A stretch of DNA of 64,000 nt, from positions 2,479 to 66,478 of the forward strand of contig CAKPJN010000007.1 of the NCBI GenBank assembly GCA_934162665.1, given 5' to 3'. The notes below the pieces were generated by a model. That model made no database searches. It had not been told where the DNA came from and was given only the letters and a program-made list of their open reading frames with translations. The translations under genes and the position numbers were made by a program. Position 1 is the first letter of the stretch. Each line of letters opens with the position of its first letter. This document shows positions 27,237 to 39,591 of the stretch, one piece after another. This DNA comes from an uncultured Bacilli bacterium (GTDB taxonomy: Bacteria; Bacillota_I; Bacilli_A; RF39; UBA660).

Positions 27237-28433
27237 TCACTCTCCGTTTATACCCCAAACTAATTCAGGATATCTTTCACTAACAACAGCCTTATATTTT
27301 GTATAATAGTTCATATAATTAGGTAAAATAGTGTTATTTAATTGACTATATGGATATACTTTAAAGTTACGCTTACCACCTGCTGATGATTTTGTATATA
27401 AAAGTTCAGCTTTTGGTGACTCAATACTAATTGTAACATTATCATCAATATCTACATTCTTTTTAATCGTCAACTCCATCATCAAACCAGTTAACCTTTC
27501 AATACCAACCTGATCAGATATGTAATTACCTAAAGAATATATTACAAAAGTTCTACCATTATTAATATATTCAACAGGCTCTACAACGTGTGGATGAGAA
27601 CCTATAATAATATCAACACCTAAATTAGATAAGTAATTAGCTATATTAGTTTGAGACTCTGATACTCCTAATGAATATTCATTACCCCAATGCATTGCGA
27701 CAATAACAACATCTACCTTGTCTCTAACTTTTTCTATATCAGCCTTTGCTTTTTCATCAGAATAAACATTATTTAAATATTCTTTACCAACAGGTGTTTC
27801 AAGTCCATTAGTCCATGTAGTATAAGAGAAAAAAGCATAACTAATATTATTAATTTCATATATATTAATCTTATCTCTTTCTTCCTGTGAAGAATATTGT
27901 CCAGCTGTAACAACTCCTGTCTTAGCTTTCCAATAATTAACAGAATTAAGTACTCCTTGTTCACCCTTATCCATCGTATGATTAGTCGCAAGTGATACTA
28001 AATTAAAACCAGAGTCTATAAAAGCATCTCCCACTTCATTAGGAGAATTAAATCTAGGATAGTTAGAATATCCAAAATTAGCTCCTCCTAAAATGGTTTC
28101 TTGATTATAATATACTAAATCATATTTAGAAGTAATTGGCTTAGTCAACTCAAGCATTGGTTTAAAATCATATGTCCCATCACTTTTCTTAGCATCATAG
28201 AAAAGAGAACTGTGTATTAATGCATCTCCTACCATTATCATCCTAGTGCTATATTCCTTAGGTTGTTTTTTTTCTTTATAAACCTTAGGAGTAGGACCAT
28301 TTTTATTATCATTAAGAGAAAAATTAGTAGCTTGTAAATAAATACCTACATCGATTAATAATATAGCAAATAAGAATAATACTAATACTATCCTTGTACT
28401 TTTTTTTGCTTTTCTAACTTTTCTCTTTTTCAT
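27237..28433 (-). CDS. CapA/PgsA-family metallophosphoesterase-like membrane-anchored protein
   Basis: N-terminal TM; MVGDALIH and GSHPHV motifs of the CapA family. Confidence 0.55.
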   Translation of the reverse strand: MKKRKVRKAKKSTRIVLVLFLFAILLIDVGIYLQATNFSLNDNKNGPTPKVYKEKKQPKEYSTRMIMVGDALIHSSLFYDAKKSDGTYDFKPMLELTKPITSKYDLVYYNQETILGGANFGYSNYPRFNSPNEVGDAFIDSGFNLVSLATNHTMDKGEQGVLNSVNYWKAKTGVVTAGQYSSQEERDKINIYEINNISYAFFSYTTWTNGLETPVGKEYLNNVYSDEKAKADIEKVRDKVDVVIVAMHWGNEYSLGVSESQTNIANYLSNLGVDIIIGSHPHVVEPVEYINNGRTFVIYSLGNYISDQVGIERLTGLMMELTIKKNVDIDDNVTISIESPKAELLYTKSSAGGKRNFKVYPYSQLNNTILPNYMNYYTKYKAVVSERYPELVWGINGE

Positions 28434-28434
28434 A

Positions 28435-30564
28435 CTATACTACCTTCCTAACAATCTCAAAATCTATAGTCTTTTCCTCTTTAGAAGCTCTAACAACTTT
28501 AATAACAACCCTCTCACCAATAGTATACTTAATATGAGTTTTCTCACCTGTTAAAGTCATATGTTCTTCATCATAATGGAAAAAGTCTTTCATATCACGT
28601 AATGGAACTAATCCTTCTATTAAATTATCTAATTCTATAAACATTCCAAAACTAGTTACAGAAGAAATCATTCCTTCAAATTCTTCACCAATATGCCCTT
28701 CCATATACTCAGCCATCTTCATATCTTCAACTTCTCGCTCGCAATCAACACTAGCTCTTTCTCGAGCAGATGAATGATCAGCAATATATACTAACTTTTC
28801 TTCCCACTTACGAACAGTTCCTGGATTCAAATCCTTATTAAATAAATATGTTCTTAAAAGACGATGAACAGTAGTATCTGGATAACGTCTAATTGGAGAA
28901 GTAAAATGTGTATAACATTTACTCGCAAGGCCATAATGTCCTAAATTTTCAGGTTTATAAACAGCTTTCTGCATACTTCTAAGTAATAAACTAGAAAGAA
29001 TTTTAAATTCTTTTTTATCTTCCAAAAATTTAAGTAATTTTTGTATAGTTTGAGGTCTTGTATCTTTAATATCTCCAGGTATCTGATAACCTAAACTTCC
29101 AATAAAACCTAAATAACTTCTAATTTTTTCTTCCTTTGGCACCTCATGAATACGATAAATAAATGGTAAATTCATAAAGTAAATATGAGAAGCAACACAC
29201 TCATTAGCCGCAATCATAAAGTCCTCAATAAGCATTTCACCTGCTCCACGTTCCCTTAAAACAACTTCCGTAGGCCTACATTTCTCATCCACTAAAATTT
29301 TAGCTTCATCTACTTCAAAATCTATATATCCTCTTTTTTCCTTCATTTTTCTAAGTATCTTAGCTAATTCTCCCATAGTAGTCAAACTTTTAACATATTC
29401 TTCATATCCTTCAGGAATAACATTTTTTTCTAAAATACTATTAACTTTTTTATAAGTCATCTGAATACGTGATCTAATAACACTAGGAAATATTTCATAA
29501 TCTAATTGATTTCCCAAATTATCAAATTCCATAATACAAGAAATAGCTAAACGATCAACATTAGGATTCAAAGAACAAATACCATTAGATAACTCATGAG
29601 GAATCATTGGTATAACTCTATCTACTAAATAAACACTAGTCCCTCTTTCCATAGCTTCATTATCTAGTGGACTTCCCTCTTTTACATAATAACTAACATC
29701 AGCAATATGAACACCCAATTTATAATGACCATTATTAAGTCTTTCAATAGAAATTGCATCATCAATATCTTTTGTATCATCGCCATCAATAGTAAATATT
29801 TCTACATCTCTTAAATCACGTCTATCTTTTAATTCAGCTTCTGATACAGAATTAGGTATATCTTTAACTTCTTCTTTTACATCATCGGGAAATTCAGTAT
29901 TAATATTATACTTATAAACAATCGATAAAATATCAACCCCTGGATCATTTTTATGTCCAATTACTTCAACAACAACACCCTCATATTTAGTATTAGTAAT
30001 CTTTTTACCAAGTTCAATAACAACCTTATGTCCATCAACAGCATTTAAACTGTTTTCTTTAGATACAATAACTTCTATTTTTACCTTCGAATCATCCAAT
30101 TTTACATGACCCACATTTTTAATAAAATTAATTTCCCCTACATATCTATTAACTTGTCGTTTTAAAATTCTTAAAATTCTACCTTCTAGTCTATCTAAAT
30201 TCATTTTACTAGTAATTTCAACAAGTACTATATCATCATGTATTGCCCCATTAATATTATCCTGAGAAATATATATATCATCATCTAATCCTTCAACTTC
30301 AACAAAACCAAAACCCTTTTTATTAACATGCATTATTCCTTTTTTTAAGTGACTCTTTTCAAGCATCATATATTTATCTTTATTAGAATGATAAACTACT
30401 ACATCTTCTTCTAAAGCTCTAAGTGCTTGACTTAAATTACGAACCTCATCAACAGTTTTTAGGCCTAATTTATCCTGAATATCATAAATACTAAGTGCCT
30501 TATCACTACTTTGTAATATATCAATTATATTGTCTCTCATATTCTTCATAGTATCACCTTCCAA
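28435..30564 (-). CDS. rnr: Ribonuclease R
   Basis: RNB catalytic-domain motifs (IDGDDTKDIDDAIS) and a C-terminal S1 domain, in the smpB-rnr arrangement. Confidence 0.85.
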   Translation of the reverse strand: MEGDTMKNMRDNIIDILQSSDKALSIYDIQDKLGLKTVDEVRNLSQALRALEEDVVVYHSNKDKYMMLEKSHLKKGIMHVNKKGFGFVEVEGLDDDIYISQDNINGAIHDDIVLVEITSKMNLDRLEGRILRILKRQVNRYVGEINFIKNVGHVKLDDSKVKIEVIVSKENSLNAVDGHKVVIELGKKITNTKYEGVVVEVIGHKNDPGVDILSIVYKYNINTEFPDDVKEEVKDIPNSVSEAELKDRRDLRDVEIFTIDGDDTKDIDDAISIERLNNGHYKLGVHIADVSYYVKEGSPLDNEAMERGTSVYLVDRVIPMIPHELSNGICSLNPNVDRLAISCIMEFDNLGNQLDYEIFPSVIRSRIQMTYKKVNSILEKNVIPEGYEEYVKSLTTMGELAKILRKMKEKRGYIDFEVDEAKILVDEKCRPTEVVLRERGAGEMLIEDFMIAANECVASHIYFMNLPFIYRIHEVPKEEKIRSYLGFIGSLGYQIPGDIKDTRPQTIQKLLKFLEDKKEFKILSSLLLRSMQKAVYKPENLGHYGLASKCYTHFTSPIRRYPDTTVHRLLRTYLFNKDLNPGTVRKWEEKLVYIADHSSARERASVDCEREVEDMKMAEYMEGHIGEEFEGMISSVTSFGMFIELDNLIEGLVPLRDMKDFFHYDEEHMTLTGEKTHIKYTIGERVVIKVVRASKEEKTIDFEIVRKVV

Positions 30565-30641
30565 CCTTCTAATATATATTATACTTTATTTTACCCATAT
30601 TAACTAGACTTTTTTTAATAAAAAAAAGAACTATAAAGTTC

Positions 30642-30872
30642 TTAATCAATAAATACAGATACTAAACAAATAATAAAGAAAGAAAGACCAAGTAATAAAG
30701 TCAAACGACTAATAAAAAGTTCAGAACCTCTTTCCTTTCTATTACTAAATAAATCAGAAGTACTACCAGAAAATATTTGAGCAGCACTTTCTGCCTTACT
30801 ACTTTGTAAAAGTACTATAACAATTAATAAAATGGATATAATTAATAATACTGTTTCCATATAACCCTCCAT
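30642..30872 (-). CDS. secG: Preprotein translocase subunit SecG
   Basis: Two-TM small protein with the SecG-like LQSSK..G motif. Confidence 0.55.
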   Translation of the reverse strand: MEGYMETVLLIISILLIVIVLLQSSKAESAAQIFSGSTSDLFSNRKERGSELFISRLTLLLGLSFFIICLVSVFID

Positions 30873-30923
30873 AACAACAATAATATACTAACATAAATCA
30901 ATATAAATTGCAACTTATTGAAG

Positions 30924-32150
30924 CTATATATTTAATTCATCTTCAATTCTCATTAATTGATTATACTTACAAATTCTATCAGTTCTAGACATTGAACCAG
31001 TTTTGATTTGACCTAAATCAAGACCAACGGCTAAATCAGCAATTGTAGTATCTTCTGTTTCACCACTTCTATGAGAAATTACAGTTTTATAACCATGACT
31101 TTTAGCAAGTTCAATAGTCTCTAATGTCTCAGTAATTGTACCAATTTGATTAACTTTTAATAAGATTGCATTACCAGCTTTCATATCAATTCCCTTTTGT
31201 AAACATTCTTTATTCGTTACAAATAAGTCATCACCAACTAATTGAACCTTATCTCCAATTTCTAGAGTAACTTTAGAAAATCCTTCCCAGTCATTTTCAT
31301 CAACAGGATCCTCTATAGAAATAATTGGATAAGTATTAATTAATTCTTTATAATAATCAATTAATTCATCTGTTGTTAAAACTCGGTTTTCACCTTTAAG
31401 TTCATATTTACCATCATTATAAAATTCTGATGCAGCTACATCAATTGCATAACACACATCTTTACCAGGTACATAACCAGCTCTTTCCACAGCTTCTGTG
31501 ATTAATTGAAATCCTTCTTTATTACTTTTTAAATCAGGAGCAAAACCACCTTCATCTCCTACACCAGTTGCATAACCCTTTTCATTTAATACTTTTCTTA
31601 AACTATGAAAAATCTCTGCTCCTACTCTTACACGCTCACGAATACTATCACGTTGTGGAATAATCATATATTCTTGAAAATCAAGACTATTATCAGCATG
31701 AGCTCCACCATTTATAATATTCATCATTGGAACTGGTAAAGTCTTCCCATCACCAATATATTTATAAAGTTCTAAACCCTTACTTTTAGCAGCAGCTTTC
31801 ATTACAGCCATTGAAATACCTAAAATAGCATTTGCCCCATATTTACTTTTTGTCTTAGTACCATCAGCTTGTATCATAGCGTAGTCAACCGCTTTTTGAT
31901 CAAAAGCATCCATTCCAACAACAATATCTTTTAAAGGACCATTAACATTTTTTAAAGCATTCAATACACCTTTACCATTAAAACGACTTCCACCATCACG
32001 CATTTCTAAAGCTTCTCTTTCACCAGTTGATGCTCCGCTTGGCACTGCAGCACGTCCCATAGTTCCATCTTCTAAATAAATATCAACTTCTACTGTTGGA
32101 TTACCTCTAGAATCTAATATTTCACGTCCAATTACATTATTTATTTTCAT
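30924..32150 (-). CDS. eno: Enolase (phosphopyruvate hydratase)
   Basis: Canonical enolase sequence ([15 protein letters not shown]...SHRSGETED). Confidence 0.9.
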   Translation of the reverse strand: MKINNVIGREILDSRGNPTVEVDIYLEDGTMGRAAVPSGASTGEREALEMRDGGSRFNGKGVLNALKNVNGPLKDIVVGMDAFDQKAVDYAMIQADGTKTKSKYGANAILGISMAVMKAAAKSKGLELYKYIGDGKTLPVPMMNIINGGAHADNSLDFQEYMIIPQRDSIRERVRVGAEIFHSLRKVLNEKGYATGVGDEGGFAPDLKSNKEGFQLITEAVERAGYVPGKDVCYAIDVAASEFYNDGKYELKGENRVLTTDELIDYYKELINTYPIISIEDPVDENDWEGFSKVTLEIGDKVQLVGDDLFVTNKECLQKGIDMKAGNAILLKVNQIGTITETLETIELAKSHGYKTVISHRSGETEDTTIADLAVGLDLGQIKTGSMSRTDRICKYNQLMRIEDELNI

Positions 32151-33516
32151 CTTTTCTTGCCTCCATATTTAAAACATAATTTTTAAATTCTGTACCTCTT
32201 ATTTCACATTCCTTATATTGATCCCATGATGCAGATGCAGGTGAAAGTAAAACAACATCACCACTATCAGAAACATCAACACATTTATCAAATCCATCTT
32301 TTAAAAACTCATAAATAAACGTTGGAATATTAAGAGCTTTTCCAAATTCAAATACTCTATTACGACATTGACCAATCCCAATAATTGTCTTAACATTTTT
32401 CATAAAAGGAGTCAACTCATAAAAATCTTGTCCACGTTCTAAACCACCTAATATTAAAACAATTGGATCCTTAAATGAAGACAAAGCAATTTGTGTACAT
32501 TTAATATTAGTAGCTTCTGTATCATTATAAAATTTAACACCATTAACAGTATCAACATATTCAAGTCTATGTTCAACACCCCTAAAATTCTTTATAATAT
32601 CGACAATTATATCATTTGAAACATCTAATTCCTTACATACCATAATAGCGGCCATACAATTTTCTATATTATGACTACCAGCTATAAATATATCATCTAT
32701 ATCAATAACTTTCTCATCATAATAGTAAATAGCCTCATCCTTTAAATAACAACCATTAATTTCCTTCTTACTAGAAAAATACTTTGTTCTAGATTTAATA
32801 GACTTGCTAGACTCTACTACATCATCATTTTCAATGTTCAAAATAGCTAAATCATCTGCAGTTTGATTCTTAAACAACTTACATTTAACTCTCTTATAAT
32901 TATCATAACTTTTCAAAAAATCAATATGAGCTGGACTTAAATTGGTCATAACCGCAATATTAGGCTTAAACTTATCAAAATTTTCAAGTTGTTGACAAGA
33001 AACTTCCATAACAATAATATCATTAGATTTTAACTCATCTAAAATACTACAAAATGGATAACCAATATTACCAGCTAAATGAACTCTTTCTCCAAATGCT
33101 TTTTTCAAAATATTATAAGTAAGTGTTGTTGTAGTTGTTTTTCCATTAGTACCAGTAATTCCAATCAAAAACACATCATCTGGTAATAAACGAAATGCCA
33201 TCTCTGCCTCATTAATAACCTCTATTCCTAAATCTCTTGCCATCAACACATATTTATGATCAATTGGAACCCCTGGATTTTTAATCAAATAATTAAATGT
33301 ATTATCTAACAAATTATCAGGATGTTCTCCAAATATAAGCTTAACACCCAATTCTCTTAACTCTTTAATTTGAGCAGCATCAAGCTTGCTTTCTTCTTTA
33401 CCATCATTTAATACTACTTCATTACCCCTTTTTACTAAATATTTTGCAGCTGCATACCCGCTTCTAGCCATCCCTAAAATCAAAACTTTTTTATTTTCAA
33501 ACATTATTATCACCAA
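32137..33516 (-). CDS. murD: UDP-N-acetylmuramoylalanine--D-glutamate ligase MurD
   Basis: Mur ligase P-loop [13 protein letters not shown]-terminal Rossmann [12 protein letters not shown]. The likely start is the internal Met (MFENKK). Confidence 0.8.
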   Translation of the reverse strand: MVIIMFENKKVLILGMARSGYAAAKYLVKRGNEVVLNDGKEESKLDAAQIKELRELGVKLIFGEHPDNLLDNTFNYLIKNPGVPIDHKYVLMARDLGIEVINEAEMAFRLLPDDVFLIGITGTNGKTTTTTLTYNILKKAFGERVHLAGNIGYPFCSILDELKSNDIIVMEVSCQQLENFDKFKPNIAVMTNLSPAHIDFLKSYDNYKRVKCKLFKNQTADDLAILNIENDDVVESSKSIKSRTKYFSSKKEINGCYLKDEAIYYYDEKVIDIDDIFIAGSHNIENCMAAIMVCKELDVSNDIIVDIIKNFRGVEHRLEYVDTVNGVKFYNDTEATNIKCTQIALSSFKDPIVLILGGLERGQDFYELTPFMKNVKTIIGIGQCRNRVFEFGKALNIPTFIYEFLKDGFDKCVDVSDSGDVVLLSPASASWDQYKECEIRGTEFKNYVLNMEARKDENK

Positions 33517-33627
33517 TATAAGTATACTATAAAAAGATAGTTTTAACTACTAAAAATTAAGAATAATAGATATATTGATAACAGTAAGTAAAAATGATAT
33601 AATTAAAAAGATAGGAAAGGGATTAAT

Positions 33628-34866
33628 ATGAAAATAGTAACATTAAGTCCAAAAAAATTTGATGAATTTGCTAAAACTCATAAATATAGAAATTATTATC
33701 AAACATCTAATTATGGTAATTTAATGATAAAATTCGGATACAATGTTCATTATTTAGGAATATTAGATGAAAGTGATACTTTAATAGGCGCAACTATAAT
33801 TTTATACAAAGAAGTATTTATGGGCAATAAAATAGCTTATGCCCCTCGTGGAATTTTATTTGATTTTGAAAACAAAGAACAAACACTATTACTTAGTGAT
33901 AAATTAAAACAATTACTAGGTAAACAAGGTTTTATGTTACTACGAATGGATCCCTATATTATATCTACTATTCGTGATTCAAAAGGAAATATAATAAATT
34001 TTAATAATCAAGCAAATATAATCCAAGCAAATTTAGAAAGTGCTAACTTTAATTATAAAGGAAAAACACTATATTTTGAAAATGAAAAACCACGTTGGGA
34101 AAGTCTAGTATTACTAAACAAACATACAGATATTTTATACAAAGAATTAGATAAAAGAACAAGACACAAAATAAAAAAAGCTACTATATCAGGGGTAGAA
34201 ATAATTAAAGATAATGACACTGATCTTAATAAGATATATAGTTTCATAAAAAATAAAAATCATAAACCATTAAGATATTATAAAGAATTAATCAACAACT
34301 ATAATTGTGATATATATATAGCTAAATTAAATACTGAAACATTTGTAATAAATAGTAGAAAGTTATATGAAAACGAAATGAATAGAAACGATATTTTAGC
34401 CAAAAAGATTCAAAGTCCAAATACAAAAGGAGTCGCAAAAAGAACTATATTAAATGCTAAAATGGAATCAGATAAACTATTAAATATCTATAAAAACAAT
34501 CTAGTTTTAGCTACTAAATTATTAAAAGAAAATCCATCTGGATTAATAGTAGGTGGAGGAATAGTTCTAAATTATGACAATGCTGCTTATTTAATAATTG
34601 AAGGATTTGATAAAACATATTCGTTCCTTAATTCTAATTATTTATTAAAGTGGCAAATGATTTCAGATTACAAACAAAAAAATTACAAATATTTAAATTT
34701 AAATGCAGTAGTAGGAGAATTTGAAAAAGATAACCAATATAAAGGATTAAACGAAATGAAATTAGGATACAAATCTTTAATTACAGAATACATTGGAGAA
34801 TTTGATATAATTTTAAATAACTTTACATATGGTATTTATAAAAACTTTAGTAAAAACAAAAAATAG
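33628..34866 (+). CDS. FemAB-family peptidoglycan interpeptide-bridge aminoacyltransferase
   Basis: Size and N-terminal pattern of FemABX proteins. Confidence 0.6.
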   Translation: MKIVTLSPKKFDEFAKTHKYRNYYQTSNYGNLMIKFGYNVHYLGILDESDTLIGATIILYKEVFMGNKIAYAPRGILFDFENKEQTLLLSDKLKQLLGKQGFMLLRMDPYIISTIRDSKGNIINFNNQANIIQANLESANFNYKGKTLYFENEKPRWESLVLLNKHTDILYKELDKRTRHKIKKATISGVEIIKDNDTDLNKIYSFIKNKNHKPLRYYKELINNYNCDIYIAKLNTETFVINSRKLYENEMNRNDILAKKIQSPNTKGVAKRTILNAKMESDKLLNIYKNNLVLATKLLKENPSGLIVGGGIVLNYDNAAYLIIEGFDKTYSFLNSNYLLKWQMISDYKQKNYKYLNLNAVVGEFEKDNQYKGLNEMKLGYKSLITEYIGEFDIILNNFTYGIYKNFSKNKK

Positions 34867-34891
34867 ATTATGGAAAATGATCTATTTTTTT
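34864..34891 (+). terminator. Terminator of femAB-family gene
   Basis: Hairpin TAGATTAT-GGAAA-ATGATCTA followed by T7. Confidence 0.5.
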
Positions 34892-34892
34892 A

Positions 34893-34927
34893 TACAAACA
34901 AAAGAAAAAGTCGATATAATCGACTTT
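34893..34927 (-). terminator. Terminator downstream of tuf
   Basis: On the minus strand, hairpin AAAGTCGAT-TAT-ATCGACTTT followed by TTCTTTTGTTTG. Confidence 0.55.
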
Positions 34928-34935
34928 TAATTTTA

Positions 34936-36120
34936 TTATTCAATGATATCAGTAACATTACCAGCACCAACAGTACGTCCACCTTCACGAATAGAGAATT
35001 TAGTACCTTGTTCAAGTGCTATAGAATGGATTAAATCAACATCCATATTAATGTTATCACCTGGCATTACCATTTCAGTTCCTTCTGGTAAAGTAATTAC
35101 ACCTGTAACATCAGTAGTTCTGAAATAGAATTGAGGACGATAGTTGTTGAAGAATGGAGTATGACGTCCACCTTCTTCTTTGCTTAATACATAAACAGCA
35201 GCTTTGAATTTATGATGAGGTGTAACACTTCCTGGTTTAGCAAGAACTTGTCCACGTTCAACATCTTCACGAGAAATACCACGTAATAATACTCCAGCAT
35301 TATCTCCTGCTTCAGCAAAGTCTAATTGCTTACGGAACATTTCAATTCCAGTAGCAACAGTTTTTTGAGTATCTTTAATACCAACGATTTCAACTTCATC
35401 ATTAAGTTTTAATGTACCACGTTCAACACGACCAGTAACAACTGTACCACGTCCAGTGATAGTAAATACATCTTCAATACTCATTAAGAATGGTTTATCA
35501 TTATCTCTCTCAGGAGTTGGAATCCATTCATCAACAGCATCCATTAATTCATTAATCTTACCAACCCAAGCAGGATCTCCTTCAAGAGCCTTAAGAGCTG
35601 ATCCACGGATAATTGGAGTATTATCTCCATCATATCCATATTCGTTTAATAAGTCACGAATTTCCATTTCAACTAAGTCTAATAATTCTTCATCGTCTAC
35701 CATATCACATTTATTTAGGAATACAACCATTCTTGGTACTCCAACTTGACGAGCAAGTAAGATATGTTCACGAGTTTGAGCCATTGGACCATCAGTAGCA
35801 GCAATAACTAAGATTGCTCCATCCATTTGAGCTGCACCAGTAATCATGTTTTTAACATAGTCAGCATGTCCTGGACAGTCTACGTGTGCATAATGTCTCT
35901 TATCAGTACTGTATTCAACATGAGCAGTATTGATAGTAATTCCACGTTCTCTTTCTTCTGGTGCTTTATCGATATTAGCGAAATCAACAGCTTCATTACC
36001 ATTTTTTCCAGCTAAACATTTAGTAATAGCAGCAGTAGTAGTAGTTTTTCCATGATCTACGTGTCCAATTGTACCAATGTTAACATGTGGTTTTGAACGA
36101 TCAAATTTTTGTTTTGCCAT
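34936..36120 (-). CDS. tuf: Elongation factor Tu
   Basis: Canonical EF-Tu ([21 protein letters not shown]). Confidence 0.95.
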   Translation of the reverse strand: MAKQKFDRSKPHVNIGTIGHVDHGKTTTTAAITKCLAGKNGNEAVDFANIDKAPEERERGITINTAHVEYSTDKRHYAHVDCPGHADYVKNMITGAAQMDGAILVIAATDGPMAQTREHILLARQVGVPRMVVFLNKCDMVDDEELLDLVEMEIRDLLNEYGYDGDNTPIIRGSALKALEGDPAWVGKINELMDAVDEWIPTPERDNDKPFLMSIEDVFTITGRGTVVTGRVERGTLKLNDEVEIVGIKDTQKTVATGIEMFRKQLDFAEAGDNAGVLLRGISREDVERGQVLAKPGSVTPHHKFKAAVYVLSKEEGGRHTPFFNNYRPQFYFRTTDVTGVITLPEGTEMVMPGDNINMDVDLIHSIALEQGTKFSIREGGRTVGAGNVTDIIE

Positions 36121-36200
36121 AATTTAATTTCCTCCTTTTAATTACAATATTTATTTTATCTAATAATTGAATAAAATTCAACTATTTTGATACGATTTTA

Positions 36201-38270
36201 TTAATTTCCACTCTTTTTAATTATTTCTTCAGCAATATTTTTTGGAACTTCTTCATAATGATCTGGGAACATTACGAATGTTGCTCTACCTTGTGTATTA
36301 GAACGTAGGTTAGTAGCATAACCAAACATTTCTGAAAGTGGAACCATAGCGCTTAATTTAACAGCATTACCTTGCGCTTCTTGACCAAGTGGTTTACCAC
36401 GTCTTGAAGTCAAATCACCCATTACATTTCCAAAATATTCTTCTGGAGTAGTAACATCAACTTTCATAATTGGTTCAAGTAAAACAGGTCTACATTTATT
36501 CTTAGCTTCTTTAAGTGCTAAACTAGCAGCTACTTTAAATGCCATTTCGTTAGAGTCTACTTCATGATATGAACCATCATGTAATGTAGCCTTAACATCA
36601 ATCATAGGATATCCAGCAATAATACCTGTTTGCATTGCTTCTTGTAATCCCTTATCAACAACTGGAATGTATTCACGAGGAACAACACCACCAACTACTT
36701 GATCGATAAATTCATATCCTTTATCTGGATTAGGTTCAAATTTAATCCAAACATGTCCATATTGTCCACGTCCACCAGATTGTTTAATATATTTACCTTC
36801 ACAGTCTCCCTCTTGCTTAATAGTTTCACGATAAGCAACTTGAGGAGCACCAACATTAGCTTCAACATTGAATTCACGTTTCATACGATCAACTAATACA
36901 TCAAGGTGTAACTCACCCATACCAGCAATAACTGTTTGACCAGTTTCATGATCAGTATGAACTTTAAATGTAGGATCTTCTTCAGCTAACTTTTGAAGTG
37001 CTATAGCCATTTTATCTTGATCTGCCTTTGATTTTGGTTCAACAGCAAGTTGAATAACTGGTTCTGGAACTACTAAGCTTTCAAGAATAATAGGTTTCTT
37101 TTCATCACATAAAGTATCTCCAGTAGTTGTATTTTTAAGTCCAACTGCAGCAGCAATATCTCCTGTATAAACATCACTAATTTCCTTACGGTTATTGGCA
37201 TGCATTTGAAGAATACGTCCAATTCTTTCCTTAGAACCTTTAGTAGAATTTAATACATAACTACCACTAGATAAATGTCCAGAATAAACTCTAAAGAATG
37301 TTAAACGTCCAACAAATGGATCTGTCATAACTTTAAATGCCAATGCACTAAATGGTTCAGAATCACTAGGATGACGAACATCTTCATCACCATTTAAATC
37401 AGTTCCTTTAACAGATTCAATATCTAAAGGACTTGGTAAATAATCAACAACAGCATCTAATAATAATTTGATACCTTTGTTACCTAAAGCAGTTCCACAC
37501 ATAACTGGGAAAAATTCTGCTTTTAAAGTACCTTTTCTAATAGCAGCTTTAATCATTTCAATAGTTACTTCTCCACCATCAAGATAAGTCATCATCATTT
37601 CATCATCGAATTCAGCAACTGCATCAATTAATTCAGCACGCTTTTCTTCTGCGATATCTTTTAAATCAGCAGGAACTTCAATTTCTTCTGCATTTTCTTG
37701 TTGTTGACCATCATAATGATAAGCTTTCATAGTAACTAAATCAATAACACCATTAAAGTCAGCTTCAGCACCAATTGGCCATTCAATAGGTTTAGCATTA
37801 ACTCCTAAACGGTCTTTAATTGTTTTTAAACTATATTCGAAATTAGCACCCATTTTATCCATTTTATTTGCGAAAATAATTCTTGGAACTTTAAATTCAG
37901 ATGCTTGTCTCCAAACAGTTTCAGTTTGTGGTTCAACTCCAGCTTGTGCATCAAGTAATGCAACTGCACCATCAAGAACACGAAGACTACGAGAAACCTC
38001 AATAGTAAAATCAACGTGACCTGGGGTATCGATAATATTAAAACGATGTCCCTTCCAATGAGCAGTAGTAGCAGCAGAAGTAATTGTAATACCACGTTCT
38101 TGTTCTTGAGCCATCCAATCCATTTGGCTTTCCCCATCATGAGTTTCACCAATTTTATGAGTTACTCCTGTATGGAATAATACACGCTCAGTAGTTGTTG
38201 TTTTACCAGCATCAATATGAGCCATGATTCCAATATTTCTTGTCTTTTCTAAAGACGTATCTCTTGCCAT
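36201..38270 (-). CDS. fusA: Elongation factor G
   Basis: Canonical EF-G (AHIDAGKTT..). Confidence 0.95.
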   Translation of the reverse strand: MARDTSLEKTRNIGIMAHIDAGKTTTTERVLFHTGVTHKIGETHDGESQMDWMAQEQERGITITSAATTAHWKGHRFNIIDTPGHVDFTIEVSRSLRVLDGAVALLDAQAGVEPQTETVWRQASEFKVPRIIFANKMDKMGANFEYSLKTIKDRLGVNAKPIEWPIGAEADFNGVIDLVTMKAYHYDGQQQENAEEIEVPADLKDIAEEKRAELIDAVAEFDDEMMMTYLDGGEVTIEMIKAAIRKGTLKAEFFPVMCGTALGNKGIKLLLDAVVDYLPSPLDIESVKGTDLNGDEDVRHPSDSEPFSALAFKVMTDPFVGRLTFFRVYSGHLSSGSYVLNSTKGSKERIGRILQMHANNRKEISDVYTGDIAAAVGLKNTTTGDTLCDEKKPIILESLVVPEPVIQLAVEPKSKADQDKMAIALQKLAEEDPTFKVHTDHETGQTVIAGMGELHLDVLVDRMKREFNVEANVGAPQVAYRETIKQEGDCEGKYIKQSGGRGQYGHVWIKFEPNPDKGYEFIDQVVGGVVPREYIPVVDKGLQEAMQTGIIAGYPMIDVKATLHDGSYHEVDSNEMAFKVAASLALKEAKNKCRPVLLEPIMKVDVTTPEEYFGNVMGDLTSRRGKPLGQEAQGNAVKLSAMVPLSEMFGYATNLRSNTQGRATFVMFPDHYEEVPKNIAEEIIKKSGN

Positions 38271-38285
38271 AATATGACTCCCTTC

Positions 38286-38753
38286 CTACCATCTATAATG
38301 TGCAAAAGCTTTATTAGCTTCAGCCATTCTATGAGTATCTTCACGTTTCTTAACTGCTGCACCTGTACCATTAGATGCATCAATAAGTTCATTGGCTAAA
38401 TTATCTGCCATTCCTTTACCACCACGTTCACGAGAATACTTTGTTAACCATCTAAGAGCTAACGCTTGACTTCTTGCAGGTGTTACTTCTATAGGTACTT
38501 GATAATTAGATCCACCAACACGACGAGATTTTACTTCAAGTTGTGGCTTAATATTTTCCATAGCAGCATTAAATACTTCTAATGGATCTTTACCAGTTTT
38601 TGTTTTTACTTGTTCAAATGCTTCATAAACTATTGATTGAGCAATTCCTTTTTTACCATCTAACATAATAGTATTTACTAATTTAGTAACAACTTTTGAT
38701 TTATATATTGGATCTGGTAAAACATCTCTTTTAACTGCACGTCTCTTACGCAT
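38286..38753 (-). CDS. rpsG: 30S ribosomal protein S7
   Basis: Canonical sequence and str-operon position. Confidence 0.95.
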   Translation of the reverse strand: MRKRRAVKRDVLPDPIYKSKVVTKLVNTIMLDGKKGIAQSIVYEAFEQVKTKTGKDPLEVFNAAMENIKPQLEVKSRRVGGSNYQVPIEVTPARSQALALRWLTKYSRERGGKGMADNLANELIDASNGTGAAVKKREDTHRMAEANKAFAHYRW

Positions 38754-38786
38754 TTTTAAATCCTCCCTTCACTATATTTATAAAAA

Positions 38787-39200
38787 TTACTTTTTAGGTT
38801 TTTTAGCACCGTATTTACTACGTCCTTGCATACGATCTTTAACACCAGCTGTATCTAATGTTCCACGAACAATATGATAACGAACTCCGATTAGATCCTT
38901 AACACGACCACCACGAATTAATACAACACTATGTTCTTGTAAATTATGTCCGATACCAGGAATATAAGTATCTACTTCTTTTCCATTAGATAAACGAACA
39001 CGAGCATATTTACGTAGAGCAGAGTTTGGTTTCTTAGGTGTCTTTGTTCCAACACGAGTACATACTCCACGTTTTTGTGGTGATTTAGTATCTGTAGTTT
39101 TCTTCTTTATTGTATTTAAACCAACACCAAGAACTGGAGCTTTACTCTTTCTTGTTTTATCACTACGATTTTTACGAACTAATTGATTGATTGTAGGCAT
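38787..39200 (-). CDS. rpsL: 30S ribosomal protein S12
   Basis: Canonical sequence (PTINQLVRK...). Confidence 0.95.
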   Translation of the reverse strand: MPTINQLVRKNRSDKTRKSKAPVLGVGLNTIKKKTTDTKSPQKRGVCTRVGTKTPKKPNSALRKYARVRLSNGKEVDTYIPGIGHNLQEHSVVLIRGGRVKDLIGVRYHIVRGTLDTAGVKDRMQGRSKYGAKKPKK

Positions 39201-39284
39201 AAAATATATCTCCTTTCTTTACACATATCCAGGTGTATCATTTTTCTTTTTAAATAAAACTTTGCATAAGCAAAGAACATTTAA

Positions 39285-39324
39285 ACAGTGTAACTAATAT
39301 ATCATTATACTATGCTAAAGTCAA
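39285..39324 (-). promoter_or_regulatory. Putative promoter of rpsL-rpsG-fusA-tuf operon
   Basis: Minus strand carries TTGACT, a 17 nt spacer and TATATT about 100 nt upstream of the rpsL ATG. Confidence 0.3.
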
Positions 39325-39338
39325 TAGTTTTATAACAA

Positions 39339-39509
39339 TTATTCTTCTATTTTTTGTGTATTATTAGTATTATATATTGGATTTTTTGAATCTTTTTCTA
39401 TTCCCATTTTATAAGATAATATAGCGATTACTAATATAAATAATAACATAACAACGAGAAAAATAATCATTGTATTTAATCCCCAGCCTTTATTATCAAG
39501 CTTTTTCAT
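39339..39509 (-). CDS. Small membrane protein (56 aa)
   Basis: Not in the ORF track. Strong RBS GGGAGG 9 nt upstream of the ATG. Translation MKKLDNKGWGLNTMIIFLVVMLLFILVIAILSYKMGIEKDSKNPIYNTNNTQKIEE has a single TM helix. Confidence 0.35.
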   Translation of the reverse strand: MKKLDNKGWGLNTMIIFLVVMLLFILVIAILSYKMGIEKDSKNPIYNTNNTQKIEE

Positions 39510-39559
39510 ATATATTACCTCCCAGCAATCTATTACAATTTTATATCAAATAAATATTT

Positions 39560-39591
39560 TTGTAAAGAAAAAAGAGTAAGTCTCCTTACTC
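39560..39591 (-). terminator. Terminator overlapping rpoC stop
   Basis: Minus-strand hairpin GAGTAAG-GAGA-CTTACTC followed by TTTTTTCTTT. The stem includes the TAA stop of rpoC. Confidence 0.5.
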
